Of a stretch of 64,000 nt of DNA, positions 42,029-51,122 are shown one piece after another (the stretch's first letter is position 1; each line of letters begins with the position of its first letter). The notes beneath the pieces are model-generated. The model ran no database searches. It was not told the DNA's origin and saw only the letters and a program-made list of their open reading frames with translations. Where the stretch lies: assembly GCA_963666515.2 (NCBI GenBank), contig OY762897.2:1472001-1536000 (forward strand), given 5' to 3'. The DNA comes from Candidatus Binatia bacterium. Lineage in GTDB: Bacteria > Desulfobacterota > Binatia > UBA9968 > JAJDTQ01. The translations under genes and the position numbers were made by a program.

Positions 42029-42415
42029 CTATGAATCCGAATCCGGTTCCTCGACGACTTCGGTCAGCTCGATGACCTCCGTCCCCAGCAGGGACTGCAA
42101 CGCGGCCTCCAGGGCGGGGCCGTCCAGCGGCTTGGCCACGGCCGCGGTGAGCCGGGCGGGCCGGAGCGGCGGCGCCGCTCCACGGTGAAGCCAGACGCTG
42201 GGAATCTTGAGCCGCTGAAGCTCCCGGAGCAGCTCGCCCTCGCCGCCGCCCCCTTCCTCGAGGCTCTCGCGGTCCACGATGACGAGATCGTGGCCCTGGA
42301 GGTCCGCGGGCGCGGACCATCGCTCCCGCACCGCGGTCCGATGCTCCGGAAACAGGTATTGCCGCAACGCCTCGCGCAGGATGGGATGGCTCTCGATGAT
42401 CAGGATGCTGGCCAT
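42029..42415 (-). CDS. Atypical stand-alone receiver-domain-like protein
   Basis: ILIIE..., DLVIVD, AKP pattern of CheY-like folds. Confidence 0.6.
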   Translation of the reverse strand: MASILIIESHPILREALRQYLFPEHRTAVRERWSAPADLQGHDLVIVDRESLEEGGGGEGELLRELQRLKIPSVWLHRGAAPPLRPARLTAAVAKPLDGPALEAALQSLLGTEVIELTEVVEEPDSDS

Positions 42416-42507
42416 TGCAATGAAGCCACCATAGTAGCAGACAATATTCCGCGCGACGAGCTTGACAATGCCGCGACGCTGCTACATATAAAGCCTTTCC
42501 CCGTCGT

Positions 42508-42595
42508 GCGAAAGTGGCGGAATTTGGTAGACGCGCAGGATTCAGGATCCTGTGGGAGCAATCCCGTGGGGGTTCAATTCCCCCCTTTCGCACCA
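42508..42595 (+). tRNA. tRNA-Leu (anticodon CAG)
   Basis: Acceptor stem GCGAAAG/CTTTCGC, anticodon arm CAGGA-TTCAGGA-TCCTG, long variable arm, GGTTCAATTCC T-arm, encoded CCA. Confidence 0.96.
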
Positions 42596-42731
42596 CCAGA
42601 CACCGGAAACACCAGCCTGAACGGAGTCGCTTCTGCCCCAGCAACAGCACGAGACGGATCCTCGGGACTTTCTGACCGACGTCGCCGAAGAGTCCCGGTC
42701 TTCCTGCGACCCGGCGGACCCCTACGGCCTG

Positions 42732-43667
42732 GTGGCCGATCAACTGACGTGGGTGGAGCGAAAGCTCGCGGAATGCACCCGTTCCAGGGAGTCCGAGATC
42801 ACCGAGATCGCCTCGCACCTGATCCGCGGCGGCGGCAAGCGCATCCGGCCGGTGATCACGCTGTTGACCTTCAACGCCTTCCACGGCGAACGGGAAGAGG
42901 ACGCGGTGGACATCGCCACGGCCATGGAGCTGATCCACGCGGCCACCCTGCTCCACGACGACATCATCGACGGCGCGGAGTTCAGGCGCGGGAAGGAATC
43001 CGCCTACAAGCGCTACGGGCTCACGCGCACCCTGGTCACCGGAGACTTCCTCTTCATCAAGGCCTTCGAGTTCGCAGGCAAGTTCGACGACACGGTGGTG
43101 CAGTGGACCGCGGACGCCTGCACCAGCCTCACCGAGGGCGAGATCCTGCAGGGCTCCTTCAACCGCAGCCGCACCGTGACCGCCCGGGACTACATCGAGA
43201 TCGTCGAGCGCAAGACCGCCTCGCTCTTCCAGACCGGCGCCAGGCTCGGCGCCTACATCGCGGGCGCGCCTTCGGAGCAGGTGGAAGTGGCGGCGAGCTT
43301 CGGCCTCAACCTGGGCATCGCCTTCCAGATGATGGACGACGTGCTCGACGTGGTGGGGAGACGCGACCTGCTCGGCAAGTCCACGGGCATGGACCTTCGC
43401 GACGGCAACCCTTCCCTCCCCATCGTCCTGTCCCTGCTGGACGGACACCAGACGGTGTCGCGAGTCTTCCAGTCGCAAACCCCCACCGAGAACGACATCC
43501 AGCGGGCGCTCGACGCCATGGGCAACGGCACGGTCATCGAGCGCGCCAGGAGCTTCTCCAACAAGTACGCGCTCAAGGCGTCCCGGGAAATTGACGGGCT
43601 GCCCGCGTCCGTGGAACGGGACGGCCTCAAGGCCCTGGCGCGCCTGCTCACGGACCGCGACAGTTGA
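42732..43667 (+). CDS. Polyprenyl diphosphate synthase
   Basis: GGKRIRP, LLHDDIID (FARM), FQMMDD (SARM); start uncertain. Confidence 0.93.
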   Translation: MADQLTWVERKLAECTRSRESEITEIASHLIRGGGKRIRPVITLLTFNAFHGEREEDAVDIATAMELIHAATLLHDDIIDGAEFRRGKESAYKRYGLTRTLVTGDFLFIKAFEFAGKFDDTVVQWTADACTSLTEGEILQGSFNRSRTVTARDYIEIVERKTASLFQTGARLGAYIAGAPSEQVEVAASFGLNLGIAFQMMDDVLDVVGRRDLLGKSTGMDLRDGNPSLPIVLSLLDGHQTVSRVFQSQTPTENDIQRALDAMGNGTVIERARSFSNKYALKASREIDGLPASVERDGLKALARLLTDRDS

Positions 43668-43699
43668 CGCCCGCCCCGCGGGCGCTCCGTGACCGGCCC

Positions 43700-44413
43700 A
43701 TGTCCGCCCCTCACGACACCCTGGTCAGGGACATCTTCGACCGGATCGCGTGGCGTTACGACCTGCTCAACCGCATCATCAGCTTCCGGCTGGACGCCCT
43801 GTGGCGGCGCAAGGCCATCGCCGCCCTGGGCGTCGCCGGCCGGCCCGCCCGCGTCCTGGACATGGGCACCGGCACCGGCGCGCTGGCGCTGGATGCGTGC
43901 GCGGTGCTCGCTCCCGGCGCGCGGGTTGTGGGCGTGGACTTCTCGCTGCCCATGCTCCAGCGCGCCAGGGAGCGGACCTCCGGGGCCGGACACGAGGCCC
44001 GGGCCGCCTACGTCCTGGCCCACGCGCTGGCCGCGCCCGTACGGAGCGCCTCCTTCGACGCGGTCATGAGCGCCTTCGTGCTGCGCAACGTCCGGGACCT
44101 GGAACCGTTCTTCCGCGAGTCCTACAGGGTGCTGAAGCCGGGCGGAAGGATGGTCTCGCTGGACATGTTTCCGCCGCCCCGGGGCCTTTTCTCGCGGCTC
44201 TACTGGATCTACTTCGGCAGGCTCATGCCCTGGATCGGCAGCGCCGTGAGCGGCGACCCCGCGGCGTACCGCTACCTGTCCGACTCGGTGCGGTCGTTCG
44301 TGCCGCCCGAGAAGGTGGCGGCCGCCATCGCCTCCGCCGGCTTCGTGGAAACGCGCACCGTGCGGTACCTGTGCGGCGCCATCTGTCTCCAGGTCGCCAC
44401 CAAGCCCCGCTGA
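43700..44413 (+). CDS. ubiE: UbiE/MenG quinone C-methyltransferase
   Basis: YDLLNRIIS, LDMGTGTG, LRNV, AYRYLSDS. Confidence 0.88.
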   Translation: MSAPHDTLVRDIFDRIAWRYDLLNRIISFRLDALWRRKAIAALGVAGRPARVLDMGTGTGALALDACAVLAPGARVVGVDFSLPMLQRARERTSGAGHEARAAYVLAHALAAPVRSASFDAVMSAFVLRNVRDLEPFFRESYRVLKPGGRMVSLDMFPPPRGLFSRLYWIYFGRLMPWIGSAVSGDPAAYRYLSDSVRSFVPPEKVAAAIASAGFVETRTVRYLCGAICLQVATKPR

Positions 44414-44448
44414 CCGGCGCCGGGAGCCGCCGAGGGAGCCTTGACCCC

Positions 44449-45270
44449 ATGAACCCTTACGCCACCGCCTTCGTGATGTTCCTCTACCAGTTGTCGGTGG
44501 GCGGGCTCGTGGGCCTGTCGGTCACGCCCTTCAACGACCTGGAACGGGGTTTCTACAAGTCCACCGCCGGCGTCCTGGTGGCCGCGGCAGTGCTGGCGGT
44601 GTGGGGGCACATGGACCTCCTGCCCGACCGGCAGGGGCTGGGAAAGATCATCGAGCTATGTTTATTGATGAGTTTCGCACTTTTTCTCGTACTTTACTTC
44701 ATCTCTCTCTGGGGTGAACGGGGCTTTCTGCGGGCGCGTTTCTTCTCCACCGCCATACTGACCGGGCTGGGCGGCCTGATGGTGGCCTCGTTCGGCTTCA
44801 CGCCGTCGGAGCTGGGAGTGGTGGAGGCGGTCTTCCTCCCGGTGAGCTTCGTCGTTTCGTCGCTGCTCCTCGGGGCGGTGACCGTGGGCATGCTGATCGG
44901 TCACTGGTACCTGATCGAAACCGGCCAGAGCCTCGACCCGTTCTTCCGGGTGTTCCGGTTCTTCGTGGCCATGCTTGTGATACAGACCGGCCTGCAGTTG
45001 GTCGCCGTCGTCCTGCTCTACCTGTTCGGCACCGCGGGGACGGTGGCGGCGCTGGAACGCCTCTTCGAAAACCACTCCACGTTGCTGGCGTCCCGGTTCC
45101 TCGTGGCGCAACTGGGGCCGCTGGTGCTGTCGTACATGATCTGGAAGACGCTGGCCGACTTCAGGAACACCATGGCGGCGACGGGGCTATTCTACATCGC
45201 CCTGCTCGGCGTCTTCGTGGGAGCGCTGCTGTCCAGCCAAGTCCTCGCCCTGACCTTGCTGCCCGTGTGA
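44449..45270 (+). CDS. Multi-pass membrane protein of unknown function
   Basis: About 8 hydrophobic helices, GMLIGHWYL and AATGLFY motifs. Confidence 0.75.
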   Translation: MNPYATAFVMFLYQLSVGGLVGLSVTPFNDLERGFYKSTAGVLVAAAVLAVWGHMDLLPDRQGLGKIIELCLLMSFALFLVLYFISLWGERGFLRARFFSTAILTGLGGLMVASFGFTPSELGVVEAVFLPVSFVVSSLLLGAVTVGMLIGHWYLIETGQSLDPFFRVFRFFVAMLVIQTGLQLVAVVLLYLFGTAGTVAALERLFENHSTLLASRFLVAQLGPLVLSYMIWKTLADFRNTMAATGLFYIALLGVFVGALLSSQVLALTLLPV

Positions 45271-45606
45271 GCGGGAGTCGTCCCGGGCGTCCCGGCCGTC
45301 TTGCCGGTCCTTTCGCGGATAGGTCTTTATCTTCGTGACCCGGAGGCCGTGGCCGCCCCAACCCAGGTCGTACCCCACCACCATGCCCTCCCTGAGACTC
45401 TTGGGCGAACGCAGGGCGCCGGACACCTGGACCATCTGGTAGGAGAACCGCACGTCCCTGCCGCTGGCGGTGCGCACCACCCCGGTGCCCTTCCGGGGCG
45501 AAAGGCGCCGGATGATGCCGTGGTAATAGAGGTCCGACCGCTCTTCGGCGTCGGGACTCCCGGCGTTCCCCTCCGGCACCTCAGCGTTGGCGTCGTCTTC
45601 AACCAT
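45187..45606 (-). CDS. Cold-shock-like OB-fold protein
   Basis: YYHGIIRRL...GTGVVRT..GRDVRF...LREGMVVGYD pattern; tail overlaps the neighbour's 3' end. Confidence 0.6.
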   Translation of the reverse strand: MVEDDANAEVPEGNAGSPDAEERSDLYYHGIIRRLSPRKGTGVVRTASGRDVRFSYQMVQVSGALRSPKSLREGMVVGYDLGWGGHGLRVTKIKTYPRKDRQDGRDARDDSRSHGQQGQGEDLAGQQRSHEDAEQGDVE

Positions 45607-45694
45607 GTCCCCTCCCCACTCCCGAGCCCACAATCCTATAGCCCGGACAGCGAAACTTCAATAAGGAACGGACGCCGTACCCCCCGGCCTGCGG

Positions 45695-45839
45695 TCGACG
45701 GAAATGTCGAACGGCGTAACCCGTTGATTTTCCAAGGAATATGACCCAGTCAACCCGCCGGCGGCGACGATATTGTCGATTTACGGAATCCCAAGTGCCC
45801 GGAATATCGACAAACTGGTCGTTGGCATGAAAAGTGCGT
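45695..45839 (+). promoter_or_regulatory. Sigma54-type promoter with IHF site and palindromic upstream boxes
   Basis: TTGGCATGAAAAGTGC (GG 45824-25, GC 45836-37, 10 nt apart); IHF consensus AATCAA-N4-TTA on the minus strand at 45717-45729; three TCGAC-N6-GTCGA-like boxes. Confidence 0.7.
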
Positions 45840-45956
45840 ATCAATAAGGAGAAGCGAGCATGGCCGCGGAACCGGCCGCATCAGCGCCGAGATGGACCGC
45901 GAAGCGCTCAAAATTATTGACAATAGTCCCCATTTGAGTAATAAAGAGAGGGTATC

Positions 45957-47021
45957 ATGTTGTCTACGGAAGCGAAACCGGCCGAAAAGACCTTCACCGC
46001 TACCGGACTCTCCCAGCCCAGGGCCCGGGAACTCGTCGGCATTGCCGAGGAGTTCTCCCTAGGCGAGCCCTTCGCCGCCGCCGGGCTCCAGCGGGAGTCG
46101 GCGGATTCGTTCTTCATCCTGGAGACCAAGCGGGGGAAGTTCATCGTGTCCATCGACGACCTCAGGAACGAGAACGAGGTCAAGCACGACATCGAGCTGC
46201 TGTTGTTCCTCAGGCGCCACGGCTTTCAATGCCTTCAGCCCTTGAAGAGCCGGGGCGGGCAACACTACCTCCACGCGGACGGCAGGTTCATCTCCGCCAG
46301 CCGCAACATCGACGGGACCGAAGTGCCCGTGAGCAACCTTACCCTCGGGCAGCTCGGGGCCGCGGGGCACGTGCTCGCCGACCTCCACCTCATCGGCAGG
46401 GGCTACAAGAAGGGGGCCGATAACCGCTTCTCCTTTCCGCGGGTGGCGTTGATGTACCAGGAGGTAAGGAAGAACCTGCCGGCGCACCTCAAGACCATCG
46501 TCCGCGTCCTGGACGACGAGGTCACCTACCTGGAAGGCTACCTGGACAACAACCTCCCCAAGGGCATCATCCACGGGAACCTTTCCTGGGAAAGCATGAA
46601 GTTCAAGGGTTCGCGCCTGGTCGGGATCATGAACTTCGACAGGGCCTGCCGCGGGAAGTTCATCTGCGACCTCGCCACCACGGTCAACGCCGTCTGCTAC
46701 CACGACGGACGCTACCGCCTGGACCGGTTCGAGGAGCTGATCCTTGGCTACGAGGGCCTTCGGCCCCTGTCGCTCCCCGAATGGGACTCCTTCCCCAACG
46801 AGCTTCGGTTCTCGGCGCTGAGGACGGCCATCACCAGCCTGCACGACTTCTACCTGCGCGAGAGCGGCGAACGGCAGCGTATCCAGAAGACCTTCATCGA
46901 CTACTTCGAGCGCCTGCTCATCCTGAGGCGGGAGAAGGACGGCGGAATGGAAGACCTGCTCCTGTCCATGGCAACCGGGTACGACTACCGGAAGTACCAG
47001 AAATCGAAGCCCTCCAGGTAA
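45957..47021 (+). CDS. Type II homoserine kinase/APH-fold protein with degenerate catalytic motifs
   Basis: LADLHL, LPKGIIHGNL, IMNFD, FICDLA, LRFSALR pattern. Confidence 0.8.
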   Translation: MLSTEAKPAEKTFTATGLSQPRARELVGIAEEFSLGEPFAAAGLQRESADSFFILETKRGKFIVSIDDLRNENEVKHDIELLLFLRRHGFQCLQPLKSRGGQHYLHADGRFISASRNIDGTEVPVSNLTLGQLGAAGHVLADLHLIGRGYKKGADNRFSFPRVALMYQEVRKNLPAHLKTIVRVLDDEVTYLEGYLDNNLPKGIIHGNLSWESMKFKGSRLVGIMNFDRACRGKFICDLATTVNAVCYHDGRYRLDRFEELILGYEGLRPLSLPEWDSFPNELRFSALRTAITSLHDFYLRESGERQRIQKTFIDYFERLLILRREKDGGMEDLLLSMATGYDYRKYQKSKPSR

Positions 47022-47050
47022 GCCTCCCCGGAATCAGGGGTCAAGCATAG

Positions 47051-47773
47051 ATGAAGTGCTACGTGATCGGCGATGTCCACGGGTGCCTCTCCGAGCTGGC
47101 GTCGCTGGTCGAATCGCTGCCGCTGGAGCGCGGCGACACCGTGGTCTTCCTCGGCGACTACATCGACCGGGGGCCCGACTCCAAGGGCGTCATCGACTAC
47201 CTCGTGGGCTTGCGCAGGCGGGGCGACCAGAAAACCGTGTTCCTGAGAGGCAACCACGAAGACATGATGCTGTCGTACATGGGCCTTTCGGGACACCACG
47301 GCGACTCGTTCCTGATGAACGGAGGTCTTGAAACGCTGGCGAGCTACGGCGTCGCCGCTCCGGCAAGGTCACCCGGGGCTGCGGACGGGGAACGGCTGCT
47401 GGCGGCCCTGCCCCCCGAGCACGCCGAGTTCTTCATGAAGCTCGATCCCTGGTATTTCGTCGACGGTTTCCTCTGCGTGCACGCAGGCATCAACCCGCAA
47501 CGCTCATGGGAGGACCAGGCGGACGAGGAACTCATCTGGATCCGGCACGAGTTCATCACGAATGCGCACGCCCTGCCCCAGACCGTCCTGTTCGGCCACA
47601 CCCCGATGAGAGAGGTGTTCTTCGATCTCCCCTACAAGATCGGCCTCGACACCGGCCTGGTGTACGGCAACGCCCTGAGCTGTCTCGAATTGACCGGCCG
47701 CACGCTGTACCAGATACGCAACGGAGGGCACGAGGTCTCGGTGACGGACGTGGCCCACCGCTGGGAACGGTAG
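47051..47773 (+). CDS. Metallophosphoesterase (PPP/ApaH-like Ser/Thr phosphatase)
   Basis: GDVHG, GDYIDRG, GNHE, HAG, FGHTP, DTG. Confidence 0.92.
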   Translation: MKCYVIGDVHGCLSELASLVESLPLERGDTVVFLGDYIDRGPDSKGVIDYLVGLRRRGDQKTVFLRGNHEDMMLSYMGLSGHHGDSFLMNGGLETLASYGVAAPARSPGAADGERLLAALPPEHAEFFMKLDPWYFVDGFLCVHAGINPQRSWEDQADEELIWIRHEFITNAHALPQTVLFGHTPMREVFFDLPYKIGLDTGLVYGNALSCLELTGRTLYQIRNGGHEVSVTDVAHRWER

Positions 47774-47777
47774 GCTG

Positions 47778-48878
47778 CTACGGGTGCACCGACTCCAGGA
47801 ACCACTCCGTGGGGATCTCCCTGCCCAGGCCCTTGGCTTTGGCGTCCTCGACGACCATGCTTCCGACCGCGGCGAACTGCACGCCGAGGCCGATGTTGTT
47901 CACGAAGCAGGTGGACTCGTCCGGTCCGGTCCGTCCGGCCACCGTGCCGGCCACCACGTCCTTCAGCTCCGGAGCGTCGATCCACGGCGGCACCGTCGGA
48001 CGCGCCACCGCCTGCTTGTCCGCGGCGGTGAGGAAGTCGATGGGGTCGTGGGCCTCCACCCGCTCGTCGCCCATGCCGGCGATGTAGTTCTCGGGCGCGA
48101 TCTTGCGCGTGTGGATGACCACCCGGTCGGCCCGGGCGATGGTGTCGTCGCCCAGTTCGGAGGTCTTCACGCAGGTGAAGTGCACGCCGGGCGTGACCCA
48201 TTCCGGCGGGATCACCCGGGTGATGGCGTTGGTGGCCGCCACCAGCACCTGGCACTGCTCCGCCACCTGGGCAGCCTCCGCGCAGGGCTCCACCGGAAGC
48301 CCCACCCTCTCCGCCATCTCTTCGGCAAACGACTCCCGGTTCGCCTGGGTGGGGCTGAACACCAGCACCTTCTCGAACGTGCGCACCTTGCAGAACGCCT
48401 CCACGTGGGCGCGGGCCTGCCAGCCGGAGCCGAAGATGCCGAGATGGGTCACGTCCTGCCGGGCCTGGTACCGGGCCGCCAGCGCGCTGGAGGCGGCCAC
48501 GCGGAAAGCCTGGATCACCCCGTCCGGGAAGATCGCCAGCGGCTCTCCGGTTTCCGCGGAGAACAGCAGCACCAGGCCCACCCACTTCCCCCCGGGCGCC
48601 TTGGGGAGCTTGTCCTTGACGATGCGCCCGCCACGGTCCTCCCAGCGGATGACATCGGAGTTCAGGCGCAACGCCACCACCTTGGGATCGAACAGCCCGG
48701 CCTCCATGGACTTGAAGGCGTAAACCCCCGAAGTCTCCGGAAACGGCAGGTAGAGATCGGTGCGCGGCCGGTTCACCGCCTCCCCGTTGGCAAGCTGGCG
48801 GTAGGCCTTGTTCAGCACCTCGATGCACGAATCCATCGACAGCAGGCCCTCGATCTCGTCATTGTTCAGAATCAGCAT
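47778..48878 (-). CDS. Ornithine cyclodeaminase/mu-crystallin family protein
   Basis: RVAASSA, GSGWQA, GLGVQF. Confidence 0.9.
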   Translation of the reverse strand: MLILNNDEIEGLLSMDSCIEVLNKAYRQLANGEAVNRPRTDLYLPFPETSGVYAFKSMEAGLFDPKVVALRLNSDVIRWEDRGGRIVKDKLPKAPGGKWVGLVLLFSAETGEPLAIFPDGVIQAFRVAASSALAARYQARQDVTHLGIFGSGWQARAHVEAFCKVRTFEKVLVFSPTQANRESFAEEMAERVGLPVEPCAEAAQVAEQCQVLVAATNAITRVIPPEWVTPGVHFTCVKTSELGDDTIARADRVVIHTRKIAPENYIAGMGDERVEAHDPIDFLTAADKQAVARPTVPPWIDAPELKDVVAGTVAGRTGPDESTCFVNNIGLGVQFAAVGSMVVEDAKAKGLGREIPTEWFLESVHP

Positions 48879-48905
48879 CCCACGGTCCTTTCCCGATGTC
48901 CTGCG

Positions 48906-50009
48906 CTAGTCCCTGATGTCCTGGAGCAGCCACTCCGTGGGAATCTCCTTCCCCAGGCCGCGTTCCCGGCACAATTCGTAGACCTTTCCGGCAACCGAAT
49001 AGAACTGGGCGCCCTGGACGTTGCCCCGCTCCGAGTAGGTGATCTGCGCGGCCGACGTCCTCCCCTTCCCCTTGCCCGACAGGAGATCCGCGAGCATCAC
49101 GTTCTTGTCGCCGCCCTGCACCCCGTGGGCGCGGCGGCGCTTGCGCTTCATCTTGAAGCCGGCGTCGTCGTCCGGCCGGGCCGCGTAGGTAATGTACTCG
49201 TCGGGCAGGCCGAAGTCCTCCAGCCCCCAGGGCGCCGGCGCCGTGCCCAAGCGCAACGACACGTCGACGCGCTCGAAGGTCGCGGCGTCCGGGCGGCCTC
49301 CGATGGAGACGATGTGCGTCCCCTCCTCCACCTTCACCCCCTCGATGATGTCCACGGCGGAGTCGGTGCAGCCGGCGATGACGTCGGCCCCCTTGTAAAC
49401 GGCGTCCGGGTCGCTCAACGGCACCGCTTCCACGTCGAACCGCTCGGTCATCTCTCGGGCATACTGCTCGCGGTTCGCCCGGGTGGGACTGTAGACCTGC
49501 ACCCGCCGGATGTTCCGAACCTGCATGAACGCTTCCAGGTGGGAGCGGGCCATGCCGCCCGAGCCGATCATGCCCACCACCTCGGCGTCCTCCCTGGCCA
49601 TGTACTTGACGCCGATGCCGGAATCGGCGCCCACCCGCACGTGCTGGAGGTGGCCGTCGTTCAGGATCGCCAGCGGCTCGCCGTTGTGAATGCTGGTGAG
49701 CAGGATCAGGCCGCAGAAGAGCCCCGGCCGCACGCAGTACTTCTCCTGCGTGACGGCGCCGTTGTACTCCTGCTCGTAGACGATGTCCGACTTGATGCGG
49801 ATCGCGAAATAGCCGGACGTGGAGCCCCCCTCCATGGTGCCCCACTGGTACATCTTCTCCGGATCCGGCGTCGGCACCTGCAGATCGATACGCGGCCGGC
49901 ACACCGCCTCCTGCTCCACCAGCTCGGTGTACGCCTTCTCCAGTGCCGCCATGGTGACCTCCATGGTCAGCACCTGCTTCACGTCGTCGTTGTTCAGGAT
50001 CAAGGTCAT
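48906..50009 (-). CDS. Ornithine cyclodeaminase/mu-crystallin family protein
   Basis: RVGADSG, GSGGMA, VYSPT, GRTSAAQIT. Confidence 0.9.
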   Translation of the reverse strand: MTLILNNDDVKQVLTMEVTMAALEKAYTELVEQEAVCRPRIDLQVPTPDPEKMYQWGTMEGGSTSGYFAIRIKSDIVYEQEYNGAVTQEKYCVRPGLFCGLILLTSIHNGEPLAILNDGHLQHVRVGADSGIGVKYMAREDAEVVGMIGSGGMARSHLEAFMQVRNIRRVQVYSPTRANREQYAREMTERFDVEAVPLSDPDAVYKGADVIAGCTDSAVDIIEGVKVEEGTHIVSIGGRPDAATFERVDVSLRLGTAPAPWGLEDFGLPDEYITYAARPDDDAGFKMKRKRRRAHGVQGGDKNVMLADLLSGKGKGRTSAAQITYSERGNVQGAQFYSVAGKVYELCRERGLGKEIPTEWLLQDIRD

Positions 50010-50033
50010 GGCAACGTCCCTTCCGTAGCGGCC

Positions 50034-51122
50034 CTAGAGCGGCTCCCGCGCTTCGGCGCCGTCGATGGGCAGCTCGATGCCCAGTCCCCTCTCGCGGGCC
50101 AACTGGTACAGCCTTCCGCCGATGGCCACGTCGGAGATCCCCACCCCGCCGGTGTTCTTGAACAGGGTGATCTGATCCGCGTCCGTGCGTCCCGGCCGCG
50201 TGCCGTTCAGGATCTCGCCCACCTCGACGATCTTGTCCCAGGAGATGACGCCGTTCTCCAGCCGTTCCATGAAGTCTCCGGGCTGGTCCACCCTGAGCGT
50301 CTCGCGGGAGTTGACGCCGATGACGTCCGCCCGCCGCATGCTCTCGTCGTCCAGCTCCTGGCGCATCTTGGGGACGAAGCCGCCGCGCTTGAGGCCGATG
50401 TTGCTCACCACGATGGAGGTCAGGTGAACGCCGGGCTCCAGCCACTCGCCGTCCAGCACCGGGACGTTGGAGCTGGTGGCGGCGACCACGATGTCGACGC
50501 CCTGCACCGCCTCCCTGGCGCTGTCCACCGGGCGGATGTCCAGCCCGGTGAGGTCGCCCATCTCGTCGGCGAACTCCTTGCGGTGCGCCGGGTTCGGACT
50601 GAATACCTTCACGCCGGTGAGGTCGCGGATCTCCTTGAGCGCAAGCAGATGGTACTTGGCTTGGTTCTGGGATCCCAGCATGCCGATGGTGCTCGCATCC
50701 GCCCTGGCCATGACGTCCGTTCCCACTGCGCTGTTGGCCGCGGTGCGGAGCGCGGACACGCCGCTCAGCGACAGTTCCCTCGGTCTCGGCTCGCCGACGA
50801 TGATGCAGCGCAGCTCGCCGGTCTCGGAGTCGAACAAGACCTGGGTCGGACGCCCGCGCACCGGAAACGCCTCGATGGAATGCTCCCCGCGCACCGGATT
50901 CTTTGTCCATTCGCAGTGGGTCATGAGGCCGGTGACCCCGACCTCCGGGAGGCCTCCCTGGTGCACGCTGACGCGCACGTTGGAGGGCATGTGGGTGCGG
51001 TGCCGCACCATGCTGATATCGGGGTTGCGGTCCCACTGCGCGAACCCCTCACGCACCAGCCCGATGGCATCCTTCATGGTGATCAACCCGTCTATGTCTT
51101 CCGGACGCAGTACCAAGATCAT
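50034..51122 (-). CDS. Ornithine cyclodeaminase/mu-crystallin family protein
   Basis: RTAANSA, GSQNQA, GRTDADQITLFKN. Confidence 0.9.
   Translation of the reverse strand: MILVLRPEDIDGLITMKDAIGLVREGFAQWDRNPDISMVRHRTHMPSNVRVSVHQGGLPEVGVTGLMTHCEWTKNPVRGEHSIEAFPVRGRPTQVLFDSETGELRCIIVGEPRPRELSLSGVSALRTAANSAVGTDVMARADASTIGMLGSQNQAKYHLLALKEIRDLTGVKVFSPNPAHRKEFADEMGDLTGLDIRPVDSAREAVQGVDIVVAATSSNVPVLDGEWLEPGVHLTSIVVSNIGLKRGGFVPKMRQELDDESMRRADVIGVNSRETLRVDQPGDFMERLENGVISWDKIVEVGEILNGTRPGRTDADQITLFKNTGGVGISDVAIGGRLYQLARERGLGIELPIDGAEAREPL

Noticed and set aside
42508-42595. tRNA-Leu as an island integration site
   Set aside because: No integrase, no duplicated tRNA 3' end seen, and the flanks are housekeeping genes
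45957-47021. Functional homoserine kinase thrB
   Set aside because: Catalytic Asp and metal-binding residues are replaced, so the symbol was not assigned
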